Part shown: positions 12,705 to 25,804 of the stretch, piece by piece
How the letters are laid out: every line of letters starts with the position of its first letter
How positions within the stretch are numbered: position 1 is the first letter of the stretch
Assembly: GCA_002189035.1 (NCBI GenBank)
Contig: NEEC01000020.1
Coordinates: 186,001-250,000, forward strand
From: Utricularia gibba
Taxonomy: Eukaryota > Plantae > Magnoliophyta
Direction: 5' to 3'
Length of the DNA stretch: 64,000 nt
The notes under the pieces: generated by a model
Databases searched by the model: none
Told to the model about the DNA's origin: nothing
What the model saw: the letters and a program-made list of their open reading frames with translations, nothing else
Made by a program: the position numbers and the translations under genes

Positions 12705-15700
12705 TCATCGCAATGCTGTCGCAAGCCCCAAACCCAACTCTTCTGCTAATTCGTCCCAAACGGGAAGAAGTATCATCACAACAAGAAAAATGGCCGTCAC
12801 AAGAACTGCTTTTCTCCAGGTTCCAACTTCTGTTACATCATTTAAGCATGGCTTCTCTGGACTCCTCTGCACAAAAAAGGAAGGCTACAGTGAACATGTG
12901 GAAAGAGAATCAATCCACATAAAGATTTTCAGCTCTCTATAGTATGCATGCATTGCTAGTCCATAACCACGATCGTGTAGTATCCATAGATTAAGAAATT
13001 TCCTGTAAGGGTAATCCTCGTTTTTTATTGGCAGATACCTGGCAAATCAGGACATAAAGACCCCAAGGAAGTGACAATGGTCCGCCCAGCTGAGATCGAA
13101 AAAAGCAACATCTTATAGCGCTCAACAGGGACCAGAAGTGTAGGAAAACGTTAGCAACAAACTTACCACCCCCAATCCTAGAAGAGCGTATGTTGCCAAA
13201 CCTGAGGCAAGTAATGCGCTTTTTCCAAACGCACCCTAACATAGGTATCAGTGGGTTAGTCGAGTCTGGATGAAAGAATTCGTAGAAAGGTAACCTTTTC
13301 CACATCTTGTGGTCTGTAAAAATCCTGATCTTAATGAAGAGTTGAGAATACATTATCAAGGCACAAAGCTGAAGTGGAAGTTGATATTCCTTTCTGTTTT
13401 AGTAGATGTTCTTTCAAAAACTGAACTGATATACATGAAATATTAGACAAGCCAATGGTTCCATGCTCAAATTTTCATCCTGCATCTTAATAAGCAGGTA
13501 CCTGCATGGCTCTGCCACCATCGAGGCATCCAACTGGCAGCATGTTAAAGGCTGATGCTGTCAACCCACACCTTGAAAGAGAGAATTCATTGTTAAGAAA
13601 TATCTTGAAAATCATGAAATGTGCAACTTAAACATTAAGATAATACCAGCCAGCAATCAGTAGAGGATGAATTGAAACTGTTGCTGCATGCAGGGCCCTT
13701 TCAGGAAAAGAAAAAGTAAAATGAAAGGGTTCTATTTTTTTCGAAAAGTGTACATGAAAAAACAAATGAATAATCAAGATGAGAAAGTCAAAGCATGGCG
13801 AGCTTACTTGTAACCCAGAACTGCTCTACTGACAAGTCCAAGAAGCAAAGAACCTTGAAAAAGCGTGGTGGGGACCTGAATCAGATCTACTGAGTCTGAG
13901 ACAGACGGATTTGCTGAAAGAAACAGTCCAACAACGAACATGGAGAATGATAATGTAGCTCCAGCAAATGGTCCAGCCAGAGAAATATCTACTTTTGCCT
14001 TCCGATCTGGAAGAATGGATTTGAACTAGAAAGAAATTGATGGATAAGCTCGCGTAGTGGTAAAGCTAAACAAAGTTATTTCAATCATCAGTAATGCATG
14101 CATACCTGTGTAATTGCTCCAAAGCTTCCCAGAGTAATATTTGGAATGAAATAAGGAATACTCAATTTCACCTTCCGAGGAAAGGCAGCTAAAAAATGTC
14201 CAAATTCCTGCCAGAAACAAATCCCAGTCAAAAGAAAAATCCTATACAAGAAAACATTAAGATGATCACAAGCATTTACTATGAGCTTAGAAACTTTGAT
14301 ATCAAGCAATTGACGCTTCATGGCGCCCAGAAAGAAAAATAGCAGCACTTCCGAATTTATACTTGATGACATTTTTTAGAGGGAAGAGATAAATGCCACC
14401 AGGCATATTTAACCAAAAAGAAAGATCAACGGAATTAAGTAGTGCAAACTAAATATACCATTACGAGGGAAAAAAAATGATACTTACATGAAAAAGATGA
14501 ATTCCAAGAACTCCATATGCCAGAGGCAGAGCAGATTCCACAATAGGAAGTAGAAGGTGCATATCTGGTGGCTCAGTAGCATTGGGATCTGTAAAGTATT
14601 TAACTACCTCTGGTGGCAGCCTATTTATCTGCAACATGAAATCACAGATGGAGGACCTGTGTTCAATGCTCAAAACAAATGATCCAGTAAGTACTATGTG
14701 CTACCAACCAACAAGTTCAAGTAAAGAAGAGCATACCTGAGATGATATGCCCAGCTCCAGTGAAGATCCAAAAGTGAGAAGCATCAATAGAAAAGAAATC
14801 ACATATTGCCAAAGAGTTGTTTGGCCAGGTTCTGAAACCTCCTTTCGCAACAGCCCAAAGCTGACACGGGGCCTCCACGAGGGTCTTCTCCTTCAGAATT
14901 AGGCTCCTCAACCATGAATAGGTTGTATTTATCACCCATTATTTCCTTTAGCTGATTTTGAAGTTTAGAGAATACATCCTCTCTCTTCCCACGAATATTC
15001 CCAATAAAAAGAATTCCTTCTCTAAGATCACCAAATGGCTCTTCTCGAGTTACCCAAAAGGTGGAGTATCCAAAAAGCTTGTCCTTGATAGCCTTTGCAT
15101 CAGCAGGATCAACTCTTTCTGGGCCAAGTAACTCCATCAACTTAAAGGAATCTACCTGGAAATTACTGTAAGCATGCCCCATGGGTGACATTGCTGGGGC
15201 TGAAATGAAGAATTGCCGTTATCCCTCAAGTTCCCTAAATTTACTAGCAGATTCTATTGCTTCTGATCAAAGAGGCAATGCAACACTATGAACTAAAATC
15301 ATGTTCATACAGGAAAAGCAGCAAAACAATCCAACATGAAAATGCATCCTTGTGCATTGATACTGAAAACAAGCCATCAATCCAATCCATAAACACAAAA
15401 AAAAAAAAAAAAAAAAACACATCTTGAGTTCTACATTATCCTGCCCTCCCACCGCCAGCTGAATAAGTGTATCAACAAAACATAGAATAAAAATAAGATA
15501 GCAATTACTCACCCTCGATGGTAACGAATGTTTCTCAATGCCATCAAGTTCCTTCTCAACCGGTGTCATCGTGGCTAACTTAGACTTATCCTTGCTTTCC
15601 CTTTCACCTCCCCCCTCACTTTTATCATCATTCCCACCGTTCTGATCTTGGCAACATAAAACCGAATTAAATCCCCGCCAACCTCTTTCCACAACCAATC

Positions 15701-15817
15701 TCTGCCGTTTCCGCAACACTCCACCCCCCAGAAAAAACACTTAGCGCGCCTGTTCAAACGATAATCCCTGAAATCACTTGGGATTAACCTGAAACTAAAA
15801 CTGGATAAGGTTCCCAT
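12705..15817 (-). CDS. EGY1: Plastid M50 zinc metalloprotease EGY1, multi-exon; three single-base homopolymer frameshifts
   Basis: FGYSTFWVTREEPFGDL, GLLRKEVSEPGQTTLWQY, INRLPPEVVKYFTDPNA, the HEFGH metal motif, FNMLPVGCLDGGRA and EKPCLNDVTEVGTWRK. Breaks occur at about 15724-15737, 15196-15199 and 14868-14871; all other exons splice in frame. Confidence 0.95.
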
Positions 15818-16779
15818 TTCAGTGCTTCAGTGTCACGAAGCTTTTCTGCTCAAAGATATTTCTATTTTCTATGACGGGAAGAATTCAGCCCATGGGCCGA
15901 GATCGTAACGGTAAATCGGCCCAATAACAGATTCTCCACTAACAGATTCAGGGGTTTGGGCTCTGCTTACGGCCCAAATATAGTTTCCTTTTTGGGCGGG
16001 CTTGTGGTTCTAATTAAGCCTGCAATTAACACATGATTAAATTTCTATAACAAGTGATTTATATTCACTAATCCCATGAAATACCCCATGACCATCTTTT
16101 GATAATCCCTTGATAGATATACATCAGGTACCACATTTAACCCATATTTGATAGATATATTTACAATTTCAAATATACGTGTATTAAAAATTGTGTTTAG
16201 ATATATGTTTCAAAACATGCATTATTTGTAAAAAATTGTACTATATTGTCCCTTTTGGAAATCCAATCCTTACAATTTTATATTCTCCTCTTTTGGAAAA
16301 AAGAATCTCATAAAAAAAATTAAAGAAGATCCATATATATAAATCATTTATTTACTTTATTCGTAATCAATGTAAAATTCGTTTAAGATTTTTATATATT
16401 TACTTCGATTGAGCCTCTCCACCTTCATTGGAAACTCATCATTTTCACCAAAGTTTGTCTCATCATCGATTTTAGGTTTGAATTTAATTTTAATATCAAA
16501 TGTAACTTATATAACCTCTTTAATGATATTTTTCAAAACCCTTCTTTCGTATGATTTTTTAATTAATTAAACACATATAATATTATTTTAAATATAGATT
16601 TATAAAATCTATGTAACAAATAAAATCTCAAATTTAAATACACAGCATGTATTTATCTAAATATAAATTATTCAAATACATTATTAATTAAATGATCATA
16701 TAAAACGCTCTTTAAGGTGTTTTCAACTCCACTAAAGTCTGTTTTAATTTTTATTTTTCATTATATTTTAGTTTTTGTT

Positions 16780-19700
16780 GGGTAAAATAAAAATGCCTAA
16801 AAAATGTATTTTATTTATGAAAAATGAGAAAAGAAGGATGAGATTAGAAGGGGGGGCGGTAAGAATAAAGGAAATGGATGAAAGAAGGCCCCATCCAACA
16901 ACTGGGGGGGAAAGCTGAGGGGACGTTGTCGGGTCTCGCGCATTTCCTTCCCTTCCTTTTGGATCGTCCGCCGTAAGGATCACAATTCGGTTCCGATCGA
17001 CGGATTTGGGACAGGGAAAGTCGTGAAATTCGAGTTACTTTTTGTTCTTCCGGCGGTTTTTGGTAGGTAACTAACATTTTGTAGGGAGTTTTCGTTTCTG
17101 AGGTTTCTTCCGGTTGGAAATTTTTTTTAATGATAAATTGGGCTCGTTAGATTCTGGGAGAGAAGAGAAATGCAGAGCCAGATTGTGTGCAGCGGATGCA
17201 GGAGTGTTCTTATGTACCCTAGCGGAGCATCGAATGTTTGTTGCGCTTTGTGCAGTGCAGTGACCACAGTTCCTCCTCCTGGTAATCTGGCTCATAATAG
17301 TATATGCTATCTTCATTTCTTGGTGCAAAGCTGTTTGATTTTGGAAGTATATGTAAAAGATAAATGATTTAAAAGTTATAAAAAAATCATTATTGTTTTA
17401 TACTCTTCTTAAGTAAGGCTGCTGGTTTGTTATTGAACATGGAACCTGATATTCTTTGCCGGTGTTTACTGCATCTTCTACGGAGATGCCGTTTTCATGA
17501 GGAGATAGATATTCTTGGATCTTCCTAATCTTTAGCGAAGCATTCTGATCTGTATGATATGGAGTGTTCTTTTGGCTTTGATGCTTGAAGTTGCATCTAT
17601 GTGTCATTTGGCACCAAGGTTTTTATGTTTTTTGTTACGTGTAATTGCTCCAAAGTTGAAGTCGGTGTCATGTTTCATGTGTTTCATGTGAAGGAATGGA
17701 GATGGCACAGCTGATATGTGGAGGATGCCGCACATTATTGATGTACACTCGTGGTGCTGCAAGCGTGAGATGCTCCTGCTGTCACACAGTAAATCTTGCT
17801 CCAGGTAGTTTATCTCCACTTTCTTAGCTATTTTTTTAGTACAGGAACCCGGAGTTACACCCATTTTGGGTGGCCTTTCTGTTTATATTTCGTCTCAAGA
17901 AACCTGTTCCTTTACTCATCAGCATGTTGCTCACATTTTCCCTTCACGATGACAGCTAATGTTGCTCATGTCAACTGCGGAAACTGCCATGTGATGCTCA
18001 TGTATCCATATGGTGCTCCCTCCGTCAAGTGCGCTGTCTGCCAATATGTCACCAATGTCAGTGTAAGTGCATCAAATATTTGTCACCGAAACTTGAGTAA
18101 TGGGATCTCTTCTTATCCTTTCACACCAATATGAGTTGCATGTTTCATTTTTCTAAAATCTCCAGATGGCAAATGCTAGCGCACCCATTCCAATGCAAAG
18201 GCCTATTGAACAAAACTCTTCAGCATCAACACCTTCATCTTCATCTGTGAGTCTTGTTATATTTATGGAACCATCCCATGGAATGCACCTTCACTTTCAT
18301 TTACCGGATCTACTGCAGGCATTGCCCAGCCCAAAGAGCCAAACGGTTGTCATCGAAAACCCCATGTCTGTTGACAAAACTGGTAAACTGGTATACCCCC
18401 CTGATCATCCCCTCTTCCACTTCTATCACATTCTCCTCCTCCTCCTCACTCAACATCATTTCTCACATTCAGGTAAGCAATGTCGTTGTCGGCGTAACAA
18501 CCAGCAAAAAGTGAGCCTCCGGCATCCAGGTATACACATATATCACTAGCAAGCTCCTGTTTTTGAGTATAAATAAGAGGTGCATATGCAGCAAGAGTTG
18601 CCTGCAATCGAAGCCCCGTACTGCATTTGTTTGATCACATGCATTGCCGGAATTTGAGAACATTCTTGTATATAGTGCAGTACTCCACTGATTCAATGGA
18701 GAATGTGTTGTAAGAATGCAAATCCTTCATGGACTAGTTGCATTTGGTTGAGCTCTTCTTTCAGGGAACCTCTTGAGGAGTCTGAACAGCCTTGTGCAGA
18801 CAGACATCAAAATCTGTCCTGTGTTTGGATAAAAGAGCAGATAAGGTGGATAAACATATGAGAAATTCCATTCTTACCCCTGTCCAGTCTCTCAAAGGGG
18901 TCCTTTGAGGACGAGACCATGCCTAATTTTGTCTATTCCTCCCCCGCACAAAAGGGTGGGAAAAAAATCGATTTTTAAAAGGAAAATTGCGTTTTAAAAC
19001 AATAATATGTTATTTTATTTTCAAAATTAAATTCTAAAATATTAATGTGGATAATATTTCTGAAATGATATTAGGGAAAAATTGAAAATTTAAAAAATAT
19101 GTATTTTAATTTGTTTTTTATATAATAAAAAAGGGAAAGGTAGAATAGAAAACGGGTCAGTAAGAAGAAAGGAAGTGGATGAAGCAAGGCCCCATCCAAC
19201 AATGGGGGAAAACTGAGAGGACGTTGTCGAGTCTCGGGCACTTTCTTGCCTTCCTCTTGGATTTCCGCCGTAAGGATCACGATTCAATTACGATCGCTGG
19301 ATTTGGGGCGGGAGCAGTCATCGAATTCGAGTTCTTTTTTGTTCTTCCGGCGGCGTGTGGTGAGTAACTACCATTTCGTAGGAACTTTCTCCAAAATTTT
19401 GTTTTCGAGTTATGATGAGCTGGGTTCATTTGTATTCAGGGGGAGAACAGAAATGCAGAGCCAGATTGTGTGCGGGGGATGCAGGAGTCTTCTTATGTAC
19501 CCTAGTGGAGCATCCAATGTTTGTTGCGCTGTGTGCAGTGCAGTGACCACAGTTCCTCCTCCTGGTAATTTGGCTCAGAAGTGTATATGTTATCTTCATT
19601 TATTGGTAGAAAAGTGTTCGATTTTGGAAGTATATGTGAAAGATGAATGATTTGTTTGCAACCAAAAAAGCCTGTCTTATCATTCATTCTTCAGTAAGCC

Positions 19701-20830
19701 TGCTGCTTTTTTGACTGGGCTAGTTTTTTTTCATTGAATATGGAACCCCCATATTCTTTGCCGGTGTTTCCTTTGTTTATTACGGAGAAGCTGCTTTCAT
19801 GAGGAGATTTTCTTGGATCCTCTTTATTTTTAGCGACGCTTCCTAAATTGTATGGCTTCCGATATTGGGTGACATGTAAAAATCAAGTGAGTGATTAGTA
19901 TATTGGGTCCGAGTTTTCTAGTTGTTTTTTTAACTTTTAAATGTTTTGAAGTCTAAGTTTGCGTAATGGTTCAACTTCACAATCTGTGTCGTGTACAGGC
20001 ATGGAGATGGCACAACTTATATGTGGAGGATGCCGCACATTATTAATGTACACTCGTGGTGCTGCAAGTGTGAGATGCTCCTGCTGTCATACAGTAAATC
20101 TTGCTCCAGGTAGTTGATCTTCATTTTCTTAGCTATTTTTTAGTATATGAACCCAGAGTTACGACCATTTTGGGTGGCCCTTCTATTTATAATTCATCTC
20201 AAGAAACCTGTTGCTTTACTCATCAGCATGTTGCTCACATTTTCCTTTCACGATGACAGCTAATGTTGCTCATGTCAACTGCGGAAACTGTCATGTGATG
20301 CTCATGTATCCATATGGTGCTCCCTCCGTCAAGTGCGCTGTCTGCCAATATGTCACCAATGTCAGTGTAAGTGCATGAAGGATACGGTCCAGTATGCATA
20401 ACTGAAACTTGTCGAACATGAACATAATTTTCATCTTTGCTTCCACACTTGTCTTTGTTGCATGTCTCATTTCTAAAAAAAAATTGCAGATGGCAAATGT
20501 TAGAGTCCCCATTCCCATGCAAAGGCCTAATGGACCAAACTCTTCAACATCAACACCTTCATCTTCATCAGTGAGTGTTGTGATGTTCAGGAAATCATGC
20601 CATGGAATGTGCATTTAAGTTCACTATCTGGATTTAATGCAGGCATTGCCCAGCCCAAAGAACCAAACAGTTGTCATCGAAAACCCCATGTCTGTTGACA
20701 AAACTGGTAAACTGGTATCCCCCTCATCCCATCTTCCTCCACTTCCATCAAATTCTCCTCCTTGCCATCCTCACCCAATATCCTCTTTCACTTACAAATA
20801 TTCAGGTAAGCAATGTGGTCATCGGTGTTG
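16780..20830 (+). repeat. Tandem segmental duplication with a period of about 2.3 kb, covering the LSD1 promoter, 5'UTR and gene
   Basis: Upstream motifs recur (AAGGCCCCATCCAACAA at about 16886 and 19186; CGCCGTAAGGATCACaATTC at about 16970 and 19267), and introns and exons align between copies. Boundaries are approximate. Confidence 0.9.
17170..18514 (+). CDS. LSD1: LSD1 zinc-finger protein, copy A (6 coding exons, three zf-LSD1 domains)
   Basis: [28 protein letters not shown]; [24 protein letters not shown]; [24 protein letters not shown]; [16 protein letters not shown]|[13 protein letters not shown]. Confidence 0.96.
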
Positions 20831-20916
20831 TTGGAGTGAATCAGCAGAGACAACTACATAACTCAAGTGAACCGAAGGTGCTCACTGGAAGCACTGAAGG
20901 TGCAGGTGAGGCATGA
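19453..20916 (+). CDS. LSD1: LSD1 zinc-finger protein, copy B (tandem duplicate with an extended C-terminus)
   Basis: Same exon structure and three zf-LSD1 domains as copy A. The last exon reads [36 protein letters not shown]. Confidence 0.94.
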
Positions 20917-21819
20917 TGAAATGAGAAGGCTTCCTTCCTGTTGAGAAACGTTAGGGTAAAAGAAAAATCTCTGTTCCACTGTTGTATTTTTTGGAATACG
21001 TGACAGACACACATGTGATGTGCGTTGTGGTGTGTGGCCGGTGAGGAAGACATTTGCCTTTTTTTCTTCTGGAAACTTGGGTTTGAAAGTGAGCTGCTTG
21101 CTGTATGGTTAGTTAGATCCCCTCTTGTTTTGGTCAATGCTTAGCATGTTGGATATGATATCAGAGCATCATCCTACCTTCAACATCTGAAAAGTATTTT
21201 GCTGATTGATGAGGTGCTGCGGCAGTCTTTTGACATTCCTCCTTTAGATGTTACGAATTATGATGAATTTGTTGCTATAATGACCTCTTTTCTGAAAGCC
21301 ATTTCTGGTTTCTGGTTGAGAAGCCCACCACATAGCAGCAGAGAAGAACTGAAACTATCAAGCATGAATTAGATATGCATTTATTTATTTCTTATTGAAT
21401 TATCTATAATAAAATGATTATCTACATTCGATGAAGCCCACTTGAGCTAAGGCCCAGGCTCAATTGCTGAAGACCCAAATCAGGAAGATCGGGAGAGTGC
21501 CGAAATGGGGGATTGGTGGAAACCTAGACATCGGGGAAGAGTACGAGTACGATGACGGAGGTAAGCTGCCACCGTGTCGTCGCGAATAGCTGTTTTTGAC
21601 TCTGTGAGTCGGATGAGTTTTTATTAAGTTGACATTTATGTTGCATTTGGGATTACGGAGTTGATATGTTTCCTTTCCTGGGGCTTTATATCTCAATTCT
21701 CAAGCCCAGTAGCGGTGGCTTTCTTCTTCACCTGCCTGGATTTCATTCGTTTTCGTCATCAAGATCGGTTCTTGGATCCCCCGTTTTAAGCCCATCTCGT
21801 GTTATTGGAGCCACTGTCA

Positions 21820-22664
21820 ATGGCGTATGTAGATCATGCGTTCTCGATATCAGATGAGGATATTATGATGGAAACCTCGTACACCGTCAACAACAAGCCA
21901 CCCATCAAGGAGATCGGTCTCGCTGTGGCTTTACTTGTCTTCGGAACGGTCGGAATCGTCGTTGGGATTGCCATGGCTGTCAATAACGTCGGCGGCGACA
22001 GAGCTCACGGTGATTTTTTCAGATTTCCCTTCTTGCCGTACTTTACTCCACCCGTTGCTTGAAATGCTCGGTGGCTTATGGGTATTGCTACTCTTAAGCT
22101 TCTATAGAGAGTTGCTGCAATTTCTTGCTCTTCTGACAGCTCTAGCAAAGCTCATTTCCTTGATTAGGAGTGTTTTTGTTATGCCATTAACGAATTTGGC
22201 TTGTTTCACCTCCTTCCTGCCCTGCTTGCATGTTGGATTTAGGTCCTACAATGTGTCAAGTTCCCGTTTTTTATGCTTAGCAATGACTACCAGAGAGTTC
22301 TATAGGTGCGTCTGAGATCTCTGGTTGAGCATTTTCATCCTTCTTCAGTTAGGTTATGCCCAAACCGAATTCTGAAGAATCGAAATGGGAAAGATTACAT
22401 GCCAATATTAGAGAGATTGTTTTTCATGTTCATGGTTTTGCAATTAGCTCTCCCTCAATGTGCTGCAAGAGTACTTCATAACTATAAGTTGATGAGGATT
22501 CTTTCTGAATGCATTTTTTCCTTATCAATGCCATTTTTGCAGGGATATTCTTCTCTGTGCTGGGGGCAATGCTGTTCCTTCCTGGTTTCTACTACACAAG
22601 GATCGCATACTACGCATACAAGGGCTACAAAGGCTTCTCCTTCGCCAACATTCCTCCTGTGTAG
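21820..22664 (+). CDS. TMEM230: Transmembrane protein 230-like (DUF872), 2 exons (21820-22009, 22543-22664)
   Basis: [47 protein letters not shown]|[39 protein letters not shown]. Confidence 0.93.
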
Positions 22665-23303
22665 AACCTCCCATGGAAACAGCATCCTTGTAGATTGCTT
22701 ACTCCCCTCACCCCACCCCCCCCCCCCCCCTTCATCATCTTCTTCTCTGTATGCACACTGGCAGCCTTGAAACTTCAGCTAATGTTTATGAAAACTCCAC
22801 CAAATCTTCTTGAGGCATCATCCATACACAATGGGAATCATTCATTCGAGCAATTTTGTTCGAAAAACGTCGGTTTTTAGCCGTTTTGACTGTGAAAAAT
22901 TGCATAACTAGGCATTCAGTATGAAGGGGGCTATGGAATTCGATTGTTTGTGATGCTAAGGTGGTAGGGGTTATGGCCTATAGGTAAGTTCAAGGATAAG
23001 AGCAAGGTAGAAGAACATGCGCGGGTTGAAAATGCTATTAGAGATTAATGGTGGAATAAATGACAAATAGTTTGTGTTTGGACCCAATCGGAATTTCGGA
23101 AGACTTTGGATGCAATAACGGAAAGGTGGAGATAATAGAGGGTTAGAAGTAAATTTTAGAAATTTGACAGAAACTTCTCGCTTAACTGCACACAAGTGAC
23201 AAATAAATACGTGTTAATCTGGACTCTCACCGAAGAGTACGATTTCCTCTCATCTCAGTGCGGTTACAGAAATTTGGTTTCAAGTAGAAGGCTCAGGGGA
23301 ATC

Positions 23304-25373
23304 ATGTCAGGGACGACATCGCCGGCAGCGGCTACTTCCGAAGGCACGGAACAGAATGCTCCACCGTATCAAATAACCAAGGGAATCAACGGTCTCGACA
23401 AGGTCATCCTCCGCGATGTCAGAGGCAATTCTGTGGAGGTAGCTGGATTTTCCGTTTCTTTTTACATCTTCTTGGATTTAGGAACTGAGATTCCGACGAT
23501 CTGATATTGTCGATCGGCGGTTTTTAATGGAATGCGGTGAGTGATTATGGGGAGCCGGAGATGCGTATCTATTTCCTACTTCTTGGACGCCATGTTTTAC
23601 GCTGTGCTTTAGTTTTTGTACCGTGATTTCTGCATTGCGGCTTTATTCGGCGGAGTTTTGTTTGAATTTTGTACATGCAGCTGTTTTCTTGTTCATGCAT
23701 TGTGAAATGTTTTTCGTTTTTTCACATTGTGGATTTTTCGTTCGGCACTTGCGACCGATTCGGCAGCTGATGTCGAGTGAATGAATAAAATGATGAGTGT
23801 AATTCTACCTGTATGAAATGACAACTAACATCATGGAAAACTGACAGATCTACCTCTATGGAGCGCAGCTAACGTCATGGAAAACTGACAATCGGGAGGA
23901 GTTGCTTTTCGTCAGTAATAAGGTATCCTCCCTTAGCCCGTTGTAGATTTTCATCAATGGAAATACAGCTTGATCTTGTACATGCCATTTGTTTTTGCGT
24001 TATTGGCATACGTTGATGGCTGCCCTCTTGCAATCTGAGTTGCGTTTCTGACAAACGGAAATCTTGTATTAGCTAGCTTGAATCATCTGCTTTGTAGTGG
24101 TAGTAGTTTTCTATGTAGTGTGCTGAATCCTTAACCAATATTATTCCGATACATCAGGCTATTTTCAAACCACCAAAGGCCATCCGTGGTGGTATCCCTC
24201 TTTGTTTTCCTCAGGTGAGCTCACTTACCTTCTTGGTTTTAGTTTTCCATTTGTGTAAGGTCCCCAAACGTATGTTGTTTTTCAGTTTTTAGACCATGGG
24301 AACTTGGAAGTTCATGGATTTGCTAGAAACAGGCTGTGGATAATTGACCCTTCCCCACCACCGTTTCCAACGCCCTCCACGAATAAGATGTTTGTAGACT
24401 TGCTTCTGAAACCAACTGATGCTGATCGCAAAATCTGGCCACATAGGTACTAGTGAGTGTTCTTTCTTTCTTTATGCATGTTGTACATTCCTGAATTCTG
24501 TTTCTGCCCCAGTTTTGAGTTCCGTCTGAGAGTGACACTTGGACCTTCAGGAGATATCATGCTAACTTCTCGTATAAGAAACACAAGTGCTGATGGAAAG
24601 CCTTTTAGTTTCACATTTGCTTACCACAACTATTTTACTGTTTCAGACATCAGGTAATCCATGATTCTTTCTGAATTGGTTGCGGTTAATGTTTTGTGTT
24701 CTTTCTTTCTTTACTGTTTCTCCATCTACATGTAGCCTCTTTCTGAAAAAGCCAAGTTCGTGTTTATCTTAATCATGGACCATATGTCTCGTTTTTGCAG
24801 CGAAGTTCGTGTTGAAGGACTGGAGACAATGGATTACCTGGACAATCTCCAGAAAAAGCAGCGTTTCACTGAACAGGGAGATGCAATCACCTTCGAGTCG
24901 GAGGTGAGATCATCAATGTTGGTTCCACCGGTTCCTTGCTATCGTTAGCTAATATTGATAAGCTGCTAATGCGTTTTATATCCGTTTAGGTGGATAGGGT
25001 GTATCTCAGTACTCCAACAAAACTTGCTATCATTGATCACGAAAAAAAGCGAACTTTTGTTATACGCAAAGAAGGCCTTCCCGATGCCGGTGAGATCATG
25101 AATCAATCCCATGCCACTCCTTGTTTTCTTAGATAACCCTTGAATGAACTTGCAGCCGTGTGGAATCCATGGGACAAGAAATCCAAACAGCTGACAGACT
25201 TGGCACCCTCCGAATACAAACACATGCTGTGCGTTGGGGCAGCAGCTGTTGAAAAACCAATCACTCTGAAGCCTGGTCAAGAGTGGAAGGGGAGGCAAGA
25301 GCTCTCCTTCGTATCCTCTAGCTACTGCAGTGGACAGCTAGATCCCCAACGAGTCCTCAAGGGCAGCAGATGA
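23304..25373 (+). CDS. Putative glucose-6-phosphate 1-epimerase (aldose 1-epimerase family), multi-exon
   Basis: KGINGLDKVILRD, IYLYGAQLTSWK, AIFKPPKAIRGGIPLCFPQF, HGFARNR, FTFAYHNYF, VVWNPWDKK and YKHMLCV..WKGRQELS. Confidence 0.94.
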
Positions 25374-25804
25374 GCTCCTCCTCCCACTCTCCATACACCT
25401 CCTCTTATCCTGTACAGGTTCCCCTTTCTCCACATCCAAACGACGGGTTGCCGTCAAAAGATGCTCACTCACACAGTCCCACCTCCTTTTGAAGGTCACC
25501 CGTGCACCGGAGTGGGTCTTCATTCAGGCAGGACAACCACCTCTTTTACCGTCTGGTCGTCGACACAGCATACCTCGAAACCATACTCCTCCTCTTCCAG
25601 TTTCGCTTCTGCTTGCTTTCGTGGCACAGTGTTCGGTCTTTTGAGCCTTCCCCGTACGCTGCTCTGATGAGATGATACACTCGAGTCCAAATTTTGAATT
25701 TTGAGACGTGGAAAAGTTTGAATCTCAACACCTCTCTTGATGATGATGACTTTTGAGCCTCCCCACCCCACACACACTGCAGCGAAGCAGGAGCCTCAGC
25801 CTGC

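Noticed and set aside
19246-19452. In-frame N-terminal extension of LSD1 copy B
   Set aside because: It spans the 5'UTR and a GTGAGT..CAG leader intron, has no true ATG, and the frame is not open in copy A.
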